Shown here piece after piece: positions 49,566-60,627 of a DNA stretch of 64,000 nt. Numbering within the stretch: position 1 is the stretch's first letter; each line of letters begins with the position of its first letter. The position numbers and the translations under genes were made by a program. Source of the DNA: Nitrospirota bacterium (GTDB taxonomy: Bacteria; Nitrospirota; UBA9217); the NCBI GenBank assembly GCA_963751455.1, contig CAVVUN010000015.1, forward strand, positions 1,216,001 to 1,280,000, written 5' to 3'. The notes beneath the pieces were generated by a model. The model made no database searches. It had not been told where the DNA came from and saw only the letters and a list, made by a program, of their open reading frames with translations.

Positions 49566-49672
49566 ACCCCGTTAGAGAATAAGTTAGTTAACTATGGACA
49601 TTGCGGATTATACCACAATCTCTAAGTGTAAAATATCAATGCCTAGGGCGTGGCGGTTTTCTCTAACAGGGT
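49566..49672. mobile_element. Short MITE-like element
   Basis: ACCCCGTTAGAGAA ... TTCTCTAACAGGGT, with GTAAA at both junctions. Confidence 0.6.
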
Positions 49673-49859
49673 AAATGAAAAACCGGAAAAAACAACGTTT
49701 TTGCAAAAGAATTGCGCATGCGGATGGGCATAAGACAAACAACCTATCCTGCCGTTACTTGACATGCATAATTCGAGAGCTATAGTTTATGTATCTTTTG
49801 CAGAAGCATTGTTGTTCGGTTTTTCAAAGAAGAATATCATAACAAATACGGAGGAGGCT

Positions 49860-50306
49860 ATGAATAAGTTATTTGCAGGACCAGCGTTAATAACGATCAT
49901 GACGGTGCTGACAGCAGGAATCGCAATGAGCCAAATGGGCGGCGGTATGGGAGATCAGGGGCAGATGGGCGAACAGGGTCGCGGCATGGGTTCTCAGCAG
50001 TCACAGCAAATGATGAGCAGCCAGATGATGAGCCAGACGATGATGCGCGACATGTCCGGCATGATGGGCCAGATGAACCAGACGATGAACAGGATGTCCG
50101 GCATGATGAAGCAACAGCAGATGAATATGGACCAGGCAAAGACGATGTCCCGGATGATGGATGATATGTCGGCGAACATGAAAGAGATGTCCCAGCAGAT
50201 GGCCCAGGGCAAAATGGATCCGACAGTCATGAAGCAGATGCAGGAGCGCATGAAAACCGTGAACGAGTCCTTTGAAAGGATGCAGAAACAGGGTAAGCAG
50301 CCATGA
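49860..50306 (+). CDS. Exported Met/Gln-rich helical protein
   Basis: Signal peptide then QQMMSSQMMSQTMMRDMSGMMGQM...; GGAGG RBS. Confidence 0.8.
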   Translation: MNKLFAGPALITIMTVLTAGIAMSQMGGGMGDQGQMGEQGRGMGSQQSQQMMSSQMMSQTMMRDMSGMMGQMNQTMNRMSGMMKQQQMNMDQAKTMSRMMDDMSANMKEMSQQMAQGKMDPTVMKQMQERMKTVNESFERMQKQGKQP

Positions 50307-51088
50307 GCCTGCGGGCAAAGAGCTTCGAAATAAATCTTCGGTTTCTCAAAAGGATGACTATTTGGACCGCTCGCTTTATTGTGGCGCTGCTGCTGATAAC
50401 AGCCATCTCTGCTCCCGGATGGGCTCAGGACGGCCGAAAATACGTCGAAATAAGCGGTGGTTACTTGACCGGTGATTTTGGGACTCCGTTAAAGAGCGAT
50501 CTTTACTATATTTCGCCCGCGATCGGGTATGTTGCACCCCGCTATGAGGTCACTATCACGGCGCCTTATCTGCGTCTTACCAATGAGTTAGCCGGTCAGA
50601 CAAACACAGAGTCGGGCATCGGCGACATCTTACTGAGAGGCGGCTATGTGCTCATGCCCGAGACCAACGGCGGTACGTCGCTTGACGGTTTGTTTGCAAT
50701 AAAAATACCCACTGCCGACGAAGCCAAAGGACTCGGCACGGGCGAGACCGACCTCGGAGCTTCCATAAGCCTCCACCAGCGCTTTGAAAAATATAGAATG
50801 AGCCTGATGGGCGGGTATATCAAGATCGGCGATCCGGCCTTGGTCGACTTCAATGATCTTTATGTGTACGGCATCGGCATCACCAGAGAGTTTCGCACCA
50901 CGGAAATCTCCGCATCGTTTGAAGGACGGCGCGCCTTGCTGCCGGGCTCGGATGGTCCCCAGGAAATCCACCTCAGGTTCTTCCACTTGCTCAATCAGGA
51001 TTATTCGATCAAAGGCGGCGCATTTGCCGGTCTGAACGACGGCGGCCCGGATTTCGGAATGAATTTTGGAATTGTAAGATGGTTTTAA
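50303..51088 (+). CDS. Outer-membrane beta-barrel ('transporter', MetA-pathway-like)
   Basis: SGIGDILLRG, KIPTAD..KGLGTGETD, terminal F. Confidence 0.7.
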   Translation: MSLRAKSFEINLRFLKRMTIWTARFIVALLLITAISAPGWAQDGRKYVEISGGYLTGDFGTPLKSDLYYISPAIGYVAPRYEVTITAPYLRLTNELAGQTNTESGIGDILLRGGYVLMPETNGGTSLDGLFAIKIPTADEAKGLGTGETDLGASISLHQRFEKYRMSLMGGYIKIGDPALVDFNDLYVYGIGITREFRTTEISASFEGRRALLPGSDGPQEIHLRFFHLLNQDYSIKGGAFAGLNDGGPDFGMNFGIVRWF

Positions 51089-51509
51089 CTCCGGCATTTT
51101 AGGGAACGACGTATCCCAACTGTCGTTATTCTTGAATGCTTAAATCCAAAATCCAGAAGCCATCAAAAACTTTACCGCGAGGGCGCCAAGAGCGCGAAGG
51201 AAATCATTACCCAGCGGCAGGCTTTATTGTATAAAATAAAACTGCTTGCTATATCTGGGAATATTACACGCTGATGGTTCGCGGAGCAGGGAAGAGAGCT
51301 TCTTTATCAATCCCGGTCTGCGGGGAGCGATCAATTATATATAAGTCCGGGCTGCAAGTTGTGCCAGGCCTAGCATTTCCGATCGGCATTGGGGCCTCTC
51401 ACGGAGAATACAGCTTTATCTTTCTTTTGAGCGTCCATTCATTATTCTGATCCCGGCCCTCGGCAATCTGACGGCGAGCAGCGCCCCCGCTGACTGCCTA
51501 TCGATTAAT

Positions 51510-52479
51510 CTAAAATGAGGTTCCGACGCCTCCTAGTACTTTATAATCTATATCGTTCTGTATGCCGTTGAGGTCCTGAACGATCGGCAAACCCACTGAG
51601 AAGTAAGCGGTCCACTTTTGTGCTGGCGAAATGCGCAGGCCCGGAGCAAGATAGAGAATGTTTCCGCCACTGTCATTGTCTTTGCTGCCTGCGATTGTCT
51701 GCTTTTCTTTCCATTCGCCATTCAGTTCCAGAACGAGATCCAATGCCGTATTCATGCCGGTCATGCGATAAGAAGCAGCAGCATTATAATGGAAGCCGTC
51801 TCCAAGATCGGTATCCAGTGCCCCCTTTGTAGCAAAGATATAGAGGATATTGGCATGCAGGGACACGGAGTCGATCCGCCTGGATAGTGCCAGGCCGGCA
51901 AGCGTATCCCACGAACCTGAACCGGGTTGATGTTCTGTCTCGAAACGTTCGCCGCTGGTATCTCTATCGTCTGTAACGCCAGTGGGCGCCTTCAAGCCCG
52001 AAAAGGAACGCTGACCCATAGGCGCCGTCCTCCGCAGAGAGGAAGCGGTAATGGCCGAGCACCGTGAGATCGCCGACCCCTTTTGCATCGCCGTGCGAAT
52101 GAACTTCGGCAGGCACATCGGCGTGGGACTCGCGGATATTACTAATATGCACATAGGGAAGTTGCAACGTCACAGCGACGTCATCGGATAGCCTATGACC
52201 CAAGCCGAGTGACGCATGAAACACTGAGTCGAACCTGTGCGGGTCCTCTCCGTTTGCCGCCAGGCGACGCAGATCATCATCTGAGAATGGTTTGAGGGCG
52301 AGATACTCTGACTGCATGGTTACGAGCCACGATCCTTTCTGAACGCTTGAGGTCGGAATAGTCGCGACAGGCCCGCTCTGAGCTGTTCCCGCTCCCCCCG
52401 CGGGATGGTGCGCCCACACAGCGCCGGCCGCGCTGACCATGCATACAATAACTGCAATCCTTCCAAAAAATGCTTTCAT
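51510..52479 (-). CDS. Outer-membrane beta-barrel 'transporter' with His-rich loops (frameshift near 51994)
   Basis: Signal peptide + HHPAGG, HADVPAEVHSHGDAKGVGDL, then GLKAPTG...QPGSGSWD in the next frame, terminal F. Confidence 0.75.
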
Positions 52480-52613
52480 GCAACGCCACCCTTGACTCTG
52501 TTATTTTCTAAAGTATACACCGGACGAGCTCAAGTCAGCTTGCTTAATCTACGAGTGACGAGAGTATTCTTTTTTATTTGCTTCGGCGAAAATATATCCG
52601 CGCCAAAAATCGC

Positions 52614-52642
52614 TTGCAACTGCTTAAAAAATAAACTATAAT
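52614..52642 (+). promoter_or_regulatory. sigma70 promoter of the pheA operon
   Basis: TTGCAA-N17-TATAAT. Confidence 0.6.
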
Positions 52643-52672
52643 TTCCTACTTGCTTCGGGGCGGGATAGGCTT

Positions 52673-53747
52673 ATGTCAATGGAACAGATTCGAAAACTCA
52701 GGGAAAAGATCGACGAGATCGACGATAAGATGGTCGAACTCTTGAATGAGCGTGCCCGCATCGTCATAGAAGTCGGTAATATTAAAAAAACGGAGAAACT
52801 CGATTTTCACTCGCCGTCCCGGGAACGCGAGATCCTCGAACGTCTTTCTGCCCTGAATAAGGGGCCGTTTCCCCAGAACACCCTTCGCGCAGTATATCGG
52901 GAAATTCTGTCGTCTTCCCTTTCGCTCGAGCGCCCGCTCAAGGTCGCCTATCTCGGGCCGCGTGCAACGTTCACCCATCAGGCCGTAATGCAGCAATTCG
53001 GCCTTGCCGCCCAGGACGTGCCGGTTGAGACCATCAAGGATGTATTCAACGAAGTGGAGCGGGGCCGGGCCGACTACGGCGTGGTTCCCATCGAGAATTC
53101 GACATCCGGAGCCGTGATTTATACACTGGACACATTCATCGATTCCGATCTTAAAATTGCGGCGGAAATCGTGCTGGAAGTTACGCAGCATCTCATGAAC
53201 AGGTCGGGAAGGATCGAAGACGTCAAGAAAATTTATACGATTCCGCCCGCGGCCGCGCAATGCAGGCTATGGATTGAGAAGAACCTGCCCGGCGTCCCTG
53301 TTCTTGACGCGCCCTCCACGGCCCGGGCAGCCGAAATGGCAATAGACGACCCGACGGTTGGCGCAATTGCCAGCGAAATGGCGGCGGTCCTCTACGGCCT
53401 TCAGATTGCCGGGCAGGAAGATCGAGGACAGCGCAAGCAATGTTACCCGCTTTCTCGTGATTGCGGCAAAATCGCCGGGGAAAACGGGTCGCGACAAAAC
53501 CTCCATCATGTTCTCGATAAAAGACAAGGTAGGGGCGCTTTATACAATGCTTGCGCCTTTCGCCGAATCCGGCATTAACCTGAACCGGCTCGATGCCCGG
53601 CCTTCCGGCAGAAAGGTGTGGGACTATGTGTTCTTTCTCGACATGGAAGGCCACCTTGAAGATGAAAAAGTGGCAAGGGCCATCGAGCGACTCAGGGTCG
53701 ATTGCATGTTTCTGAAGGTCCTCGGATCATACCCCAAATGCCAGTAA
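52673..53747 (+). CDS. pheA: Chorismate mutase/prephenate dehydratase (frameshift near 53412)
   Basis: AroQ domain, YLGPRATFT, VPIENS; NVTRFLVI and ACT domain ending VLGSYP in the shifted frame. Confidence 0.92.
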
Positions 53748-53846
53748 TCCCGAATGCGGAATGCGGAATCGAAAATCTCCCGATCCAGACAAGCCGGAAA
53801 AGCTCTTTAGCCACAGATGTGAAGCAAAACCGGAATCTTCAAAGCT

Positions 53847-53922
53847 TTATCCGCAGATTTCGCAGATTTGAAAGAATTAATTATCTAATTTAATCGGCGA
53901 AATCTGTGTAATCTGCGGATAA
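53847..53922. repeat. CGCAGATT-family element between pheA and hisC
   Basis: TTATCCGCAGATTTCGCAGATT ... AATCGGCGAAATCTGTGTAATCTGCGGATAA. Confidence 0.85.
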
Positions 53923-54032
53923 AATGTTGCCTTGTTGTTAATCTTGACTCGAAGATTTTGAATTAAAAATCAAATATTCTGTTGCAAAGTCTGCATCTCA
54001 AAATCCGAAACAATAAATAACGGAGTTGAATC

Positions 54033-55109
54033 ATGATTACAGTTTCAGACAATATCAAAAGCATAATGCCCTATGTTCCCGGAAAGCCGATCGAGGAGCT
54101 CGAGCGGGAGTTGGGGATCAGCGGCAGCATCAAGCTCGCGTCGAACGAAAATCCTCTGGGGCCTTCACCGAAGGCGGTTGCCGCCTTGAAAAAAGCCGCG
54201 GAAGGGCTGAACCGGTACCCTGACGGGAGCGGCTTTTACCTTTCGCAGGCCCTTGCAAAAAAATTTGATGTAGAGCTCTCCCGGATCATCCTGGGAAACG
54301 GTTCGAACGAATTGATCGAACTCGTAGTCCGCACGTTCGTGCAGCCGGACGACGAGATCATTTCAGCGGATCCTTCATTCGTTGTCTACAAGATGATCAC
54401 CCAGGCCGCGGGGGGAACAAACATCGTGGTTCCCTGCAGGGAAATGCGCCACGACCTCGATGCTATGGCGGAGCGCATTACGCCGAAGACAAGGATCGTT
54501 TTCATTGCAAACCCCAACAATCCGACCGGCACGATGAATACGAAGGCGGAAATGGACCGCTTCATGGCCCGCATTCCCGACACGGTGATTGTCGCTGTCG
54601 ATGAAGCCTACTTCGAGTATGTTACCCATGCGGAATACCCGGATTCGCTCGACTATCTGAAGGACGGCAAAAACATACTCGCGCTCAGGACGTTTTCAAA
54701 AATCTACGGACTGGCCGGGCTTAGGATCGGGTACGGCATAACCACGCCGGAGATCGCGGAACTCATGAACAAGGTGCGCCAGCCGTTCAACACGAACTCC
54801 CTGGCACAGATAGCCGCAGTAGCGGCGCTTGGGGACCGCAAACACGTGGAAAAATCGATTGCAACCAATAATGAAGGCAAGCAGTTCCTCTATCAGTCCT
54901 TCGGACAGCTGGGCGTTACCTACATCCCTACGGAGACGAATTTCATATTCTTTGAAACGTCCCGGGACGGAAGGGAAGTGTACTCCATTCTCCTGAAACA
55001 GGGCGTTATCGTGAGGCCGATGGGCGGCAACAGGCTCAGGGTAACGATCGGGCTGCCCGAGGAGAACAAGCGGTTTATAAGCGAGCTGGAGAAGGTTGTA
55101 AATACATAG
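54033..55109 (+). CDS. hisC: Histidinol-phosphate aminotransferase
   Basis: KLASNENPLG, NPNNPTG, DEAY, RTFSKIYGLAGLRIGY. Confidence 0.95.
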   Translation: MITVSDNIKSIMPYVPGKPIEELERELGISGSIKLASNENPLGPSPKAVAALKKAAEGLNRYPDGSGFYLSQALAKKFDVELSRIILGNGSNELIELVVRTFVQPDDEIISADPSFVVYKMITQAAGGTNIVVPCREMRHDLDAMAERITPKTRIVFIANPNNPTGTMNTKAEMDRFMARIPDTVIVAVDEAYFEYVTHAEYPDSLDYLKDGKNILALRTFSKIYGLAGLRIGYGITTPEIAELMNKVRQPFNTNSLAQIAAVAALGDRKHVEKSIATNNEGKQFLYQSFGQLGVTYIPTETNFIFFETSRDGREVYSILLKQGVIVRPMGGNRLRVTIGLPEENKRFISELEKVVNT

Positions 55110-55188
55110 CATAGCGCATAGAGCATAGAGCATGGCGTAAAGAGCTTTAAAACATCAACGCTATGCACCATGCGCTTTGCGCCATGCG
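55109..55188. repeat. 7-nt-periodic inverted repeat (GCATAGA/C)
   Basis: GCATAGCGCATAGAGCATAGAGCATGGCG ... CGCTATGCACCATGCGCTTTGCGCCATGC. Confidence 0.75.
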
Positions 55189-55206
55189 AATCCAGAAAGG
55201 ATTCCC

Positions 55207-56221
55207 ATGATTATCGTTGTCAAGCCCGATGCAACCGAGGAACAGATCGAGCACATCATAAAAAAGATCAAGGATGTCGGTCTGCAGGCCCACGTATCCA
55301 AGGGCACGGAGAGAACAATCATCGGCGCCATAGGCGATGAGGCCATCCTCCGGACGGTGCCGCTCGAAGCCATCCCCGGCGTGGAAAAGGTCCATGCGAT
55401 ACTGAAACCGTTCAAGCTCGCGAGCCGGGATTTCAGGAAAGAGAACACGATTGTCACCGTTCGCGGCGTCGAGATCGGCGGCAAGAAAATCGCGGTCATG
55501 GCCGGTCCCTGCGCAGTCGAGAATAAGACACTGCTTATTGAAATATCCAAGGACGTCAAGGCAGCAGGCGCCGGGTTCCTGCGCGGAGGCGCGTTCAAAC
55601 CCCGGACTTCTCCCTATGCCTTTCAGGGGCTCGAGGAGGAAGGGCTCAAATACCTTGCAGAAGCCCGTGAGCGGACCGGTCTTCCGATCGTGACGGAGGT
55701 AATGGACCCTCGGGACATCGAGCTGATCGCGAAGTACGCTGATGTTCTCCAGATCGGCGCGCGCAACATGCAGAATTTCAGGCTGCTCAAGGAAGTGGGA
55801 CTTTGCAAGAAGCCGGTACTCCTCAAGAGAGGCATATCAGGAACAATCAAAGAGTGGCTTATGTCGGCCGAGTACATCATGGCTGCGGGCAACCATGATG
55901 TCATCCTGTGCGAACGCGGGATACGGACGTATGAAACAGCCACCAGAAACACGCTTGACCTCTCGGCGGTGCCCGTACTGAAGCAGATGACGCATCTGCC
56001 CGTCATTGTCGATCCGAGTCACGCAGTCGGGAAATGGGACCTCGTGGCGCCCATGGCAAAGGCAGCGGTGGCTGCGGGCTGCGACGGGCTTATCATCGAG
56101 GTCCATTCCAATCCGGAAGAAGCGCTGTGCGACGGGGAGCAATCGCTCAAGCCGAAGAGCTTCAAACAGTTGATGGAGGAGCTCCAAGCCGATCGCAAAG
56201 GCCGTGAGAAGAGAAATATAA
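55207..56221 (+). CDS. aroF: DAHP synthase class I-beta (frameshift near 56185 in the last codons)
   Basis: [37 protein letters not shown]; removing one C gives ...[13 protein letters not shown]. Confidence 0.93.
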
Positions 56222-56227
56222 CGAGTA

Positions 56228-56318
56228 TTGGTTTGTTTGGTTGATCCGGTTTGTTTGGTTTGCCTGGTTGACCAAATAAACAAAACAAACCAAATAAACT
56301 AAACAAACCAGACAAACT
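56228..56318. repeat. 9-nt-periodic inverted repeat (TTGGTTTGT / ACAAACCAA)
   Basis: TTGGTTTGTTTGGTTGATCCGGTTTGTTTGGTTTG ... CAAACCAAATAAACTAAACAAACCAGACAAAC. Confidence 0.75.
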
Positions 56319-56325
56319 GGAAATC

Positions 56326-57189
56326 ATGTCTTTTTTGTTTAACAACGTCACCATCATCGGAGTCGGGCTGATCGGCGGATCGCTCGCCAGGGTCTTGAAG
56401 GCCAGAAAAATTGCGCGGTGCATCACCGGCACGGGCAGAAGCATGGCTACGCTCGAGCAGGCGCTCGCACTCGGTGTGATCGACAGGATCGCGCACGATT
56501 TAAGGCAAGGCGTGGAAGACGCGGATCTCGTGGTGCTCGCCACGCCGGTTGGAATGTTTGAAACGATCGTCCGTGAAATAGGACCTTATTTAAAAAAGGG
56601 CGCTGTTCTCACGGATGTGGGGAGCGTAAAAGGCGGCATTGCAGCGAAAATCGAGGAGGCCGTCGGTCCCGGATCCCACTACGTGCCCGCTCATCCCATA
56701 GCAGGCAGGGAAAAATCCGGTGTTTCGGAATCTACCGATAGCCTGTTCCAGGGAAGACGCTGTGTGCTTACGCCGACGAGCAAGACAGACAAAAGGGCAT
56801 TCGATGCAGTGCGCGAGATGTGGATAGCGGCCGGCGCCGACATCACCGTTATGGATCCGGACCTGCATGACAAGGTCTTCGCGGCAGTGAGCCATCTGCC
56901 GCATGTTGCAGCCTTTGCCATGATGTCTGCGGTATCCGAGTTGAACACGGGCACCCAGGAGTACCTCGAGTTCTCCGGCGCCGGTTTTCGCGACTTCACC
57001 CGCATTGCCGCCAGCTCTCCTGAAATGTGGAAAGATATTTTTATCATGAACAGAGAAAAGCTCGTTCTGATGGTCGACCGCTACCTGCAGTCATTGAACC
57101 GTTTTAAACAGGAGATCTCTTCCGACGACGGCACAGCGCTGGAACAGCACCTGAAAGCCGCGAGCAATGTCAGAAGGGGGCTCCAGTAA
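56326..57189 (+). CDS. tyrA: Prephenate/arogenate dehydrogenase
   Basis: GVGLIGGS, DVGSVK, HPIAGRE, SHLPH, GFRDFTRIA. Confidence 0.93.
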   Translation: MSFLFNNVTIIGVGLIGGSLARVLKARKIARCITGTGRSMATLEQALALGVIDRIAHDLRQGVEDADLVVLATPVGMFETIVREIGPYLKKGAVLTDVGSVKGGIAAKIEEAVGPGSHYVPAHPIAGREKSGVSESTDSLFQGRRCVLTPTSKTDKRAFDAVREMWIAAGADITVMDPDLHDKVFAAVSHLPHVAAFAMMSAVSELNTGTQEYLEFSGAGFRDFTRIAASSPEMWKDIFIMNREKLVLMVDRYLQSLNRFKQEISSDDGTALEQHLKAASNVRRGLQ

Positions 57190-58506
57190 TGCCCGATTTC
57201 GTTGTACAATCGTCGCCCGGGCTGAAGGGCACTATAACCCTGCCCGGGGATAAATCCGTGTCGCACCGCTCCGTCCTGCTTTCCGCCATAGCGGAAGGCA
57301 GCACGGTCATCAACGGGTTCCTTACCGGTGAAGATACAGTAAACACGGCAAAGGCGGTGCAGTGCATGGGCATCACCGTCGAAGGCGTGGGCGCCGGCCG
57401 GTTGACGGTCCACGGAAAAGGGTTGGACGGTCTCCATGAACCCGAGGGCGTGCTCGATCTCGGCAATTCGGGCACGGGCATGAGGCTGATCGCGGGACTT
57501 CTTGCGGGCCAGGGCTTTTTTTCGGTTTTAACCGGGGACCGCTATCTCAGAAAACGACCCATGGGCCGCATCGTGGAACCGCTCCGCCGGATGGGCGCGC
57601 GGATCGACGGCCGTTCAGGCGGAAAACTTGCGCCGCTTGCAATCACCGGAAGCGGACGAAAAACTGCTGCGATCGATTTTTCGAGTCCCGTTGCCAGCGC
57701 TCAGGTCAAATCCGCTTTGCTCCTTGCCGGGTTGTATGCCGACGGTGAAACAGCCGTAAGCGAACCTTCGAAGTCCAGGGACCATACGGAGCGAATGCTC
57801 CGCTTCTTCGGCGTCGAAGTCGGTGAACAGGGAAACCGCATCACGCTTCGAGGGCGGCAGGCGCTTCACGCGGGGGGAACAATAGAGGTACCATCCGATA
57901 TATCGTCGGCCGCATTCTTCATGGTGGCTGCCAGCATCGTTCCCGGCTCGGATCTCAGAATTCTTAACGTCGGAGTGAATCCGACGCGGACCGGCATAAT
58001 CGATGTTCTTATCTCCATGGGCGGCGATATCGTTCTCGAGAACACCCGGGAGCAGGCAGGCGAACCGGTCGCCGACATCCGGGTGCGGTCCAAAAAATTG
58101 CACGGAGTCCGGATTTCGGGTGACGTAATTCCGCGTGCCATCGATGAGATTCCGGTACTGTGCCGTCGCGGCCTCCTGCGCAGAGGGAACTACCGTAATC
58201 AGAGACGCGGCAGAACTTCGGGTCAAGGAGTCAGACCGGATAGCTACCATGGTGCAGGAGCTGAGAAAACTCGGCGTGGAAGCGACAGAGCTTCCGGACG
58301 GAATCGAAATCACGGGCAGGGAAGCCCTTCAGGGCGCGATTTGCGAAAGCCACGGAGACCATCGTATCGCCATGTCCATGGCCGTTGCGGGACTTGCGGC
58401 GAAGGGAGAAACGGTCGTCCATGACACCGGGTGGATTGACACTTCGTTTCCGGGATTCGAGCGCCTGCTGAGACAGGCGGCTTATGGACAACTTAAGTCG
58501 TATTAG
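57189..58506 (+). CDS. aroA: EPSP synthase (frameshift near 58163)
   Basis: PGDKSVSHR, GNSGTGMR, SAQVKS, RDHTE, IDEIP; ELRVKESDRI and DHRIAM in the shifted frame. Confidence 0.93.
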
Positions 58507-58532
58507 CACAGAGTAACAGATAAAAGCGGAAT

Positions 58533-58628
58533 TAGCCGCAAAGAACGCAAGGGACGCAGAGAAAGATTCGAAATTAAAATTTAAGAACGCAGCTGATTTC
58601 TTTGAGTTCTTTGTGTTCTTTGCGGTTA
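58533..58628. repeat. 9-nt-periodic palindromic element (CGCAAAG variant)
   Basis: TAGCCGCAAAGAACGCAAGGGACGCAGAG ... CTTTGAGTTCTTTGTGTTCTTTGCGGTTA. Confidence 0.8.
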
Positions 58629-58697
58629 CCTTTGGCAGTTACTGGAGGGTTTGCCCTGCGACCTGGGGCAGTTAACTGTTGCGGCTGAGATTATGAT

Positions 58698-59391
58698 ATG
58701 GTAAAACAAAAAGATCTTTTGGTTATTGCCATCGACGGTCCTTCAGGCGCGGGCAAAAGTACGACTGCCAGAATGCTTGCAGAGCGTCTTGGCTATATAT
58801 ACATAGACACCGGGGCGCTCTATCGTGCGCTCGGGTGGAAAGCAAGGCTCGAAGGCATTGATCCGGCCGACGAGGCGAAGCTGGCCGATCTTGCTTCCCG
58901 GACCGAAGTGACGATCAAACAAAACAACAGCAATCCCAGGTTCTATGTCGACGGCTACGATGTGAGCGCTGAGATCCGTACCCCGGAAATGGGCATGATG
59001 GCGTCATCGGTGTCAAAGTCACCGGCAATTCGCGCCAGGCTCCTCATTGTTCAAAGAGAACTGGGCAAGCGGGGCGGAGCCGTATTGGACGGCCGCGACA
59101 TAGGCACGGTTGTCTTCCCTGATGCGGATGTTAAATTTTATCTCGACGCGAGCGTCGAAGAGCGTGGAAAACGCAGGTACCGGGAACTCAAGGCAAAGGG
59201 AATGGACGTCGTTCTCGACCGGACGATAAGCGAGATAGCGGCGCGCGACCTCCAGGACAGTGGCCGCTCCATAGCACCCTTGAAGAAGGCGCCGGATGCG
59301 GTGCTTATCGATTCAAGCACGATGGGCATCGAAGAAGTGCTCGAAGAAGATGATGAGCGAGATAGAGAAAGTCAAGAGAAGCGCTAAATAG
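58698..59391 (+). CDS. cmk: Cytidylate kinase (probable +1 error near 59345)
   Basis: IAIDGPSGAGKST, DTGALYR, DGRDIGTVVFPDA; corrected end ...LEKMMSEIEKVKRSAK*. Confidence 0.94.
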
Positions 59392-59408
59392 CAAGCACAA
59401 AATACATC

Positions 59409-59694
59409 AGCCGCGAATTGACGCAAACCTTGAACCGCAAAGGCGCAATGGTCGCGAGGAAAGCAAAGCCAACAGCAGGGTTTTAAAACCTGAAAAGATG
59501 TTGCATGGTTTCCTTGCGTCCCTCGCGTCTTCGCGGTAAATATTCTTCCCGTTTTGAGAAGATTTTGACTCCTTAGTTACTAAAGGCAACTGGTAAGGAT
59601 CTTGCGATTATTCTGAATTTCGGTAAAGAAAGACTCGAATATGAGCGATTGGCTTTTACCAGGCAGTAAGGGTTATTCGCGTTCATTTGCGGCT
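59409..59694. repeat. Nested 9-nt-periodic elements between cmk and ispH
   Basis: Outer AGCCGCGAATTGACGCAAA ... TTCGCGTTCATTTGCGGCT; inner ACCGCAAAGGCGCAATGGTCGCGAGG ... CCTTGCGTCCCTCGCGTCTTCGCGGT (59434-59537). Confidence 0.75.
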
Positions 59695-59743
59695 ATAAAC
59701 GCTTTTCGGAAAGTCGTATTAACATATTGACTTGACTCAAGAT

Positions 59744-60574
59744 ATGGAAATATTTTTAGCAGATAAAGCCGGTTTCTGCTTCGGCGTGAAGCGGGCGATC
59801 AATACGGCATTCAAAGCAGCTTCCGACGGAAACGTATTTTGCCTCGGCCCGCTTATTCATAATCCCCAGGAGGTGGAGCGCCTGAAACGGGCCGGAGTGG
59901 AAACAGTTGAAGATTTTTCTTCTCTGAAAAGAGGCGATTTTCTGATAATTCGTTCTCACGGCGTTCCTCCGCAGATACTTTCCGACGCCCGGGACAAGGG
60001 GTTGAACATTATCGATCTTACCTGTCCGTTCGTGGGCAAAGCGCAGCGTCATGCGGAGGCCCTTAATAAAGAGGGCTTCCAGGTCGTTGTCATCGGAGAA
60101 AAATTGCATCCCGAGGTGCAAAGCATAATGGGTTATGCCGGATCGAACGCAATTGTAATTGAGAAGGCGGAAGACGTTCAAAACGGCGTGTTTGAAAGCC
60201 GCATAGGGGTCGTTGCCCAGACCACCCAATCATATGGCAATTTTTCCGAAATTGTGTTAAAATTATTACGTCTTTCCAAAGAATTAAAGGTCTACAACAC
60301 TATTTGTAATTCAACTAAAGAACGACAAGACGCAGCTCAGACGCTTGCTTGCCAGGTGGACGTCATGCTTGTTGTAGGCGGTCGCAACAGCGCAAACACG
60401 TCACGGCTTGTTTCCGTTTGCAAAAAAGAAGGAACTCCGACCTACCACATAGAAATTGCCGACGAGATTCAACCCGACTGGCTGAAGGGCGCTTCCAAAG
60501 TCGGTGTTACGGCAGGCGCCTCCACGCCGGATTGGGTGGTGGAGGGCGTTCTCAAAAGATTGGAAGGCAGGTAA
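59744..60574 (+). CDS. ispH: 4-hydroxy-3-methylbut-2-enyl diphosphate reductase
   Basis: GFCFGVKRA, IHNP, SHG, DLTCP, HPEV, QTT, TICN, SANT, TAGASTP. Confidence 0.95.
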   Translation: MEIFLADKAGFCFGVKRAINTAFKAASDGNVFCLGPLIHNPQEVERLKRAGVETVEDFSSLKRGDFLIIRSHGVPPQILSDARDKGLNIIDLTCPFVGKAQRHAEALNKEGFQVVVIGEKLHPEVQSIMGYAGSNAIVIEKAEDVQNGVFESRIGVVAQTTQSYGNFSEIVLKLLRLSKELKVYNTICNSTKERQDAAQTLACQVDVMLVVGGRNSANTSRLVSVCKKEGTPTYHIEIADEIQPDWLKGASKVGVTAGASTPDWVVEGVLKRLEGR

Positions 60575-60627
60575 GCGGTTCCCCGCAGTCAGGGACCAGA
60601 TAATTATCCGGGAGGTATGCGATTTTA

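Noticed and set aside
53400-58170. Programmed frameshifting or true pseudogenes in pheA, aroF and aroA
   Set aside because: No slippery heptamers; the same error type recurs in five neighbouring genes with no other decay.
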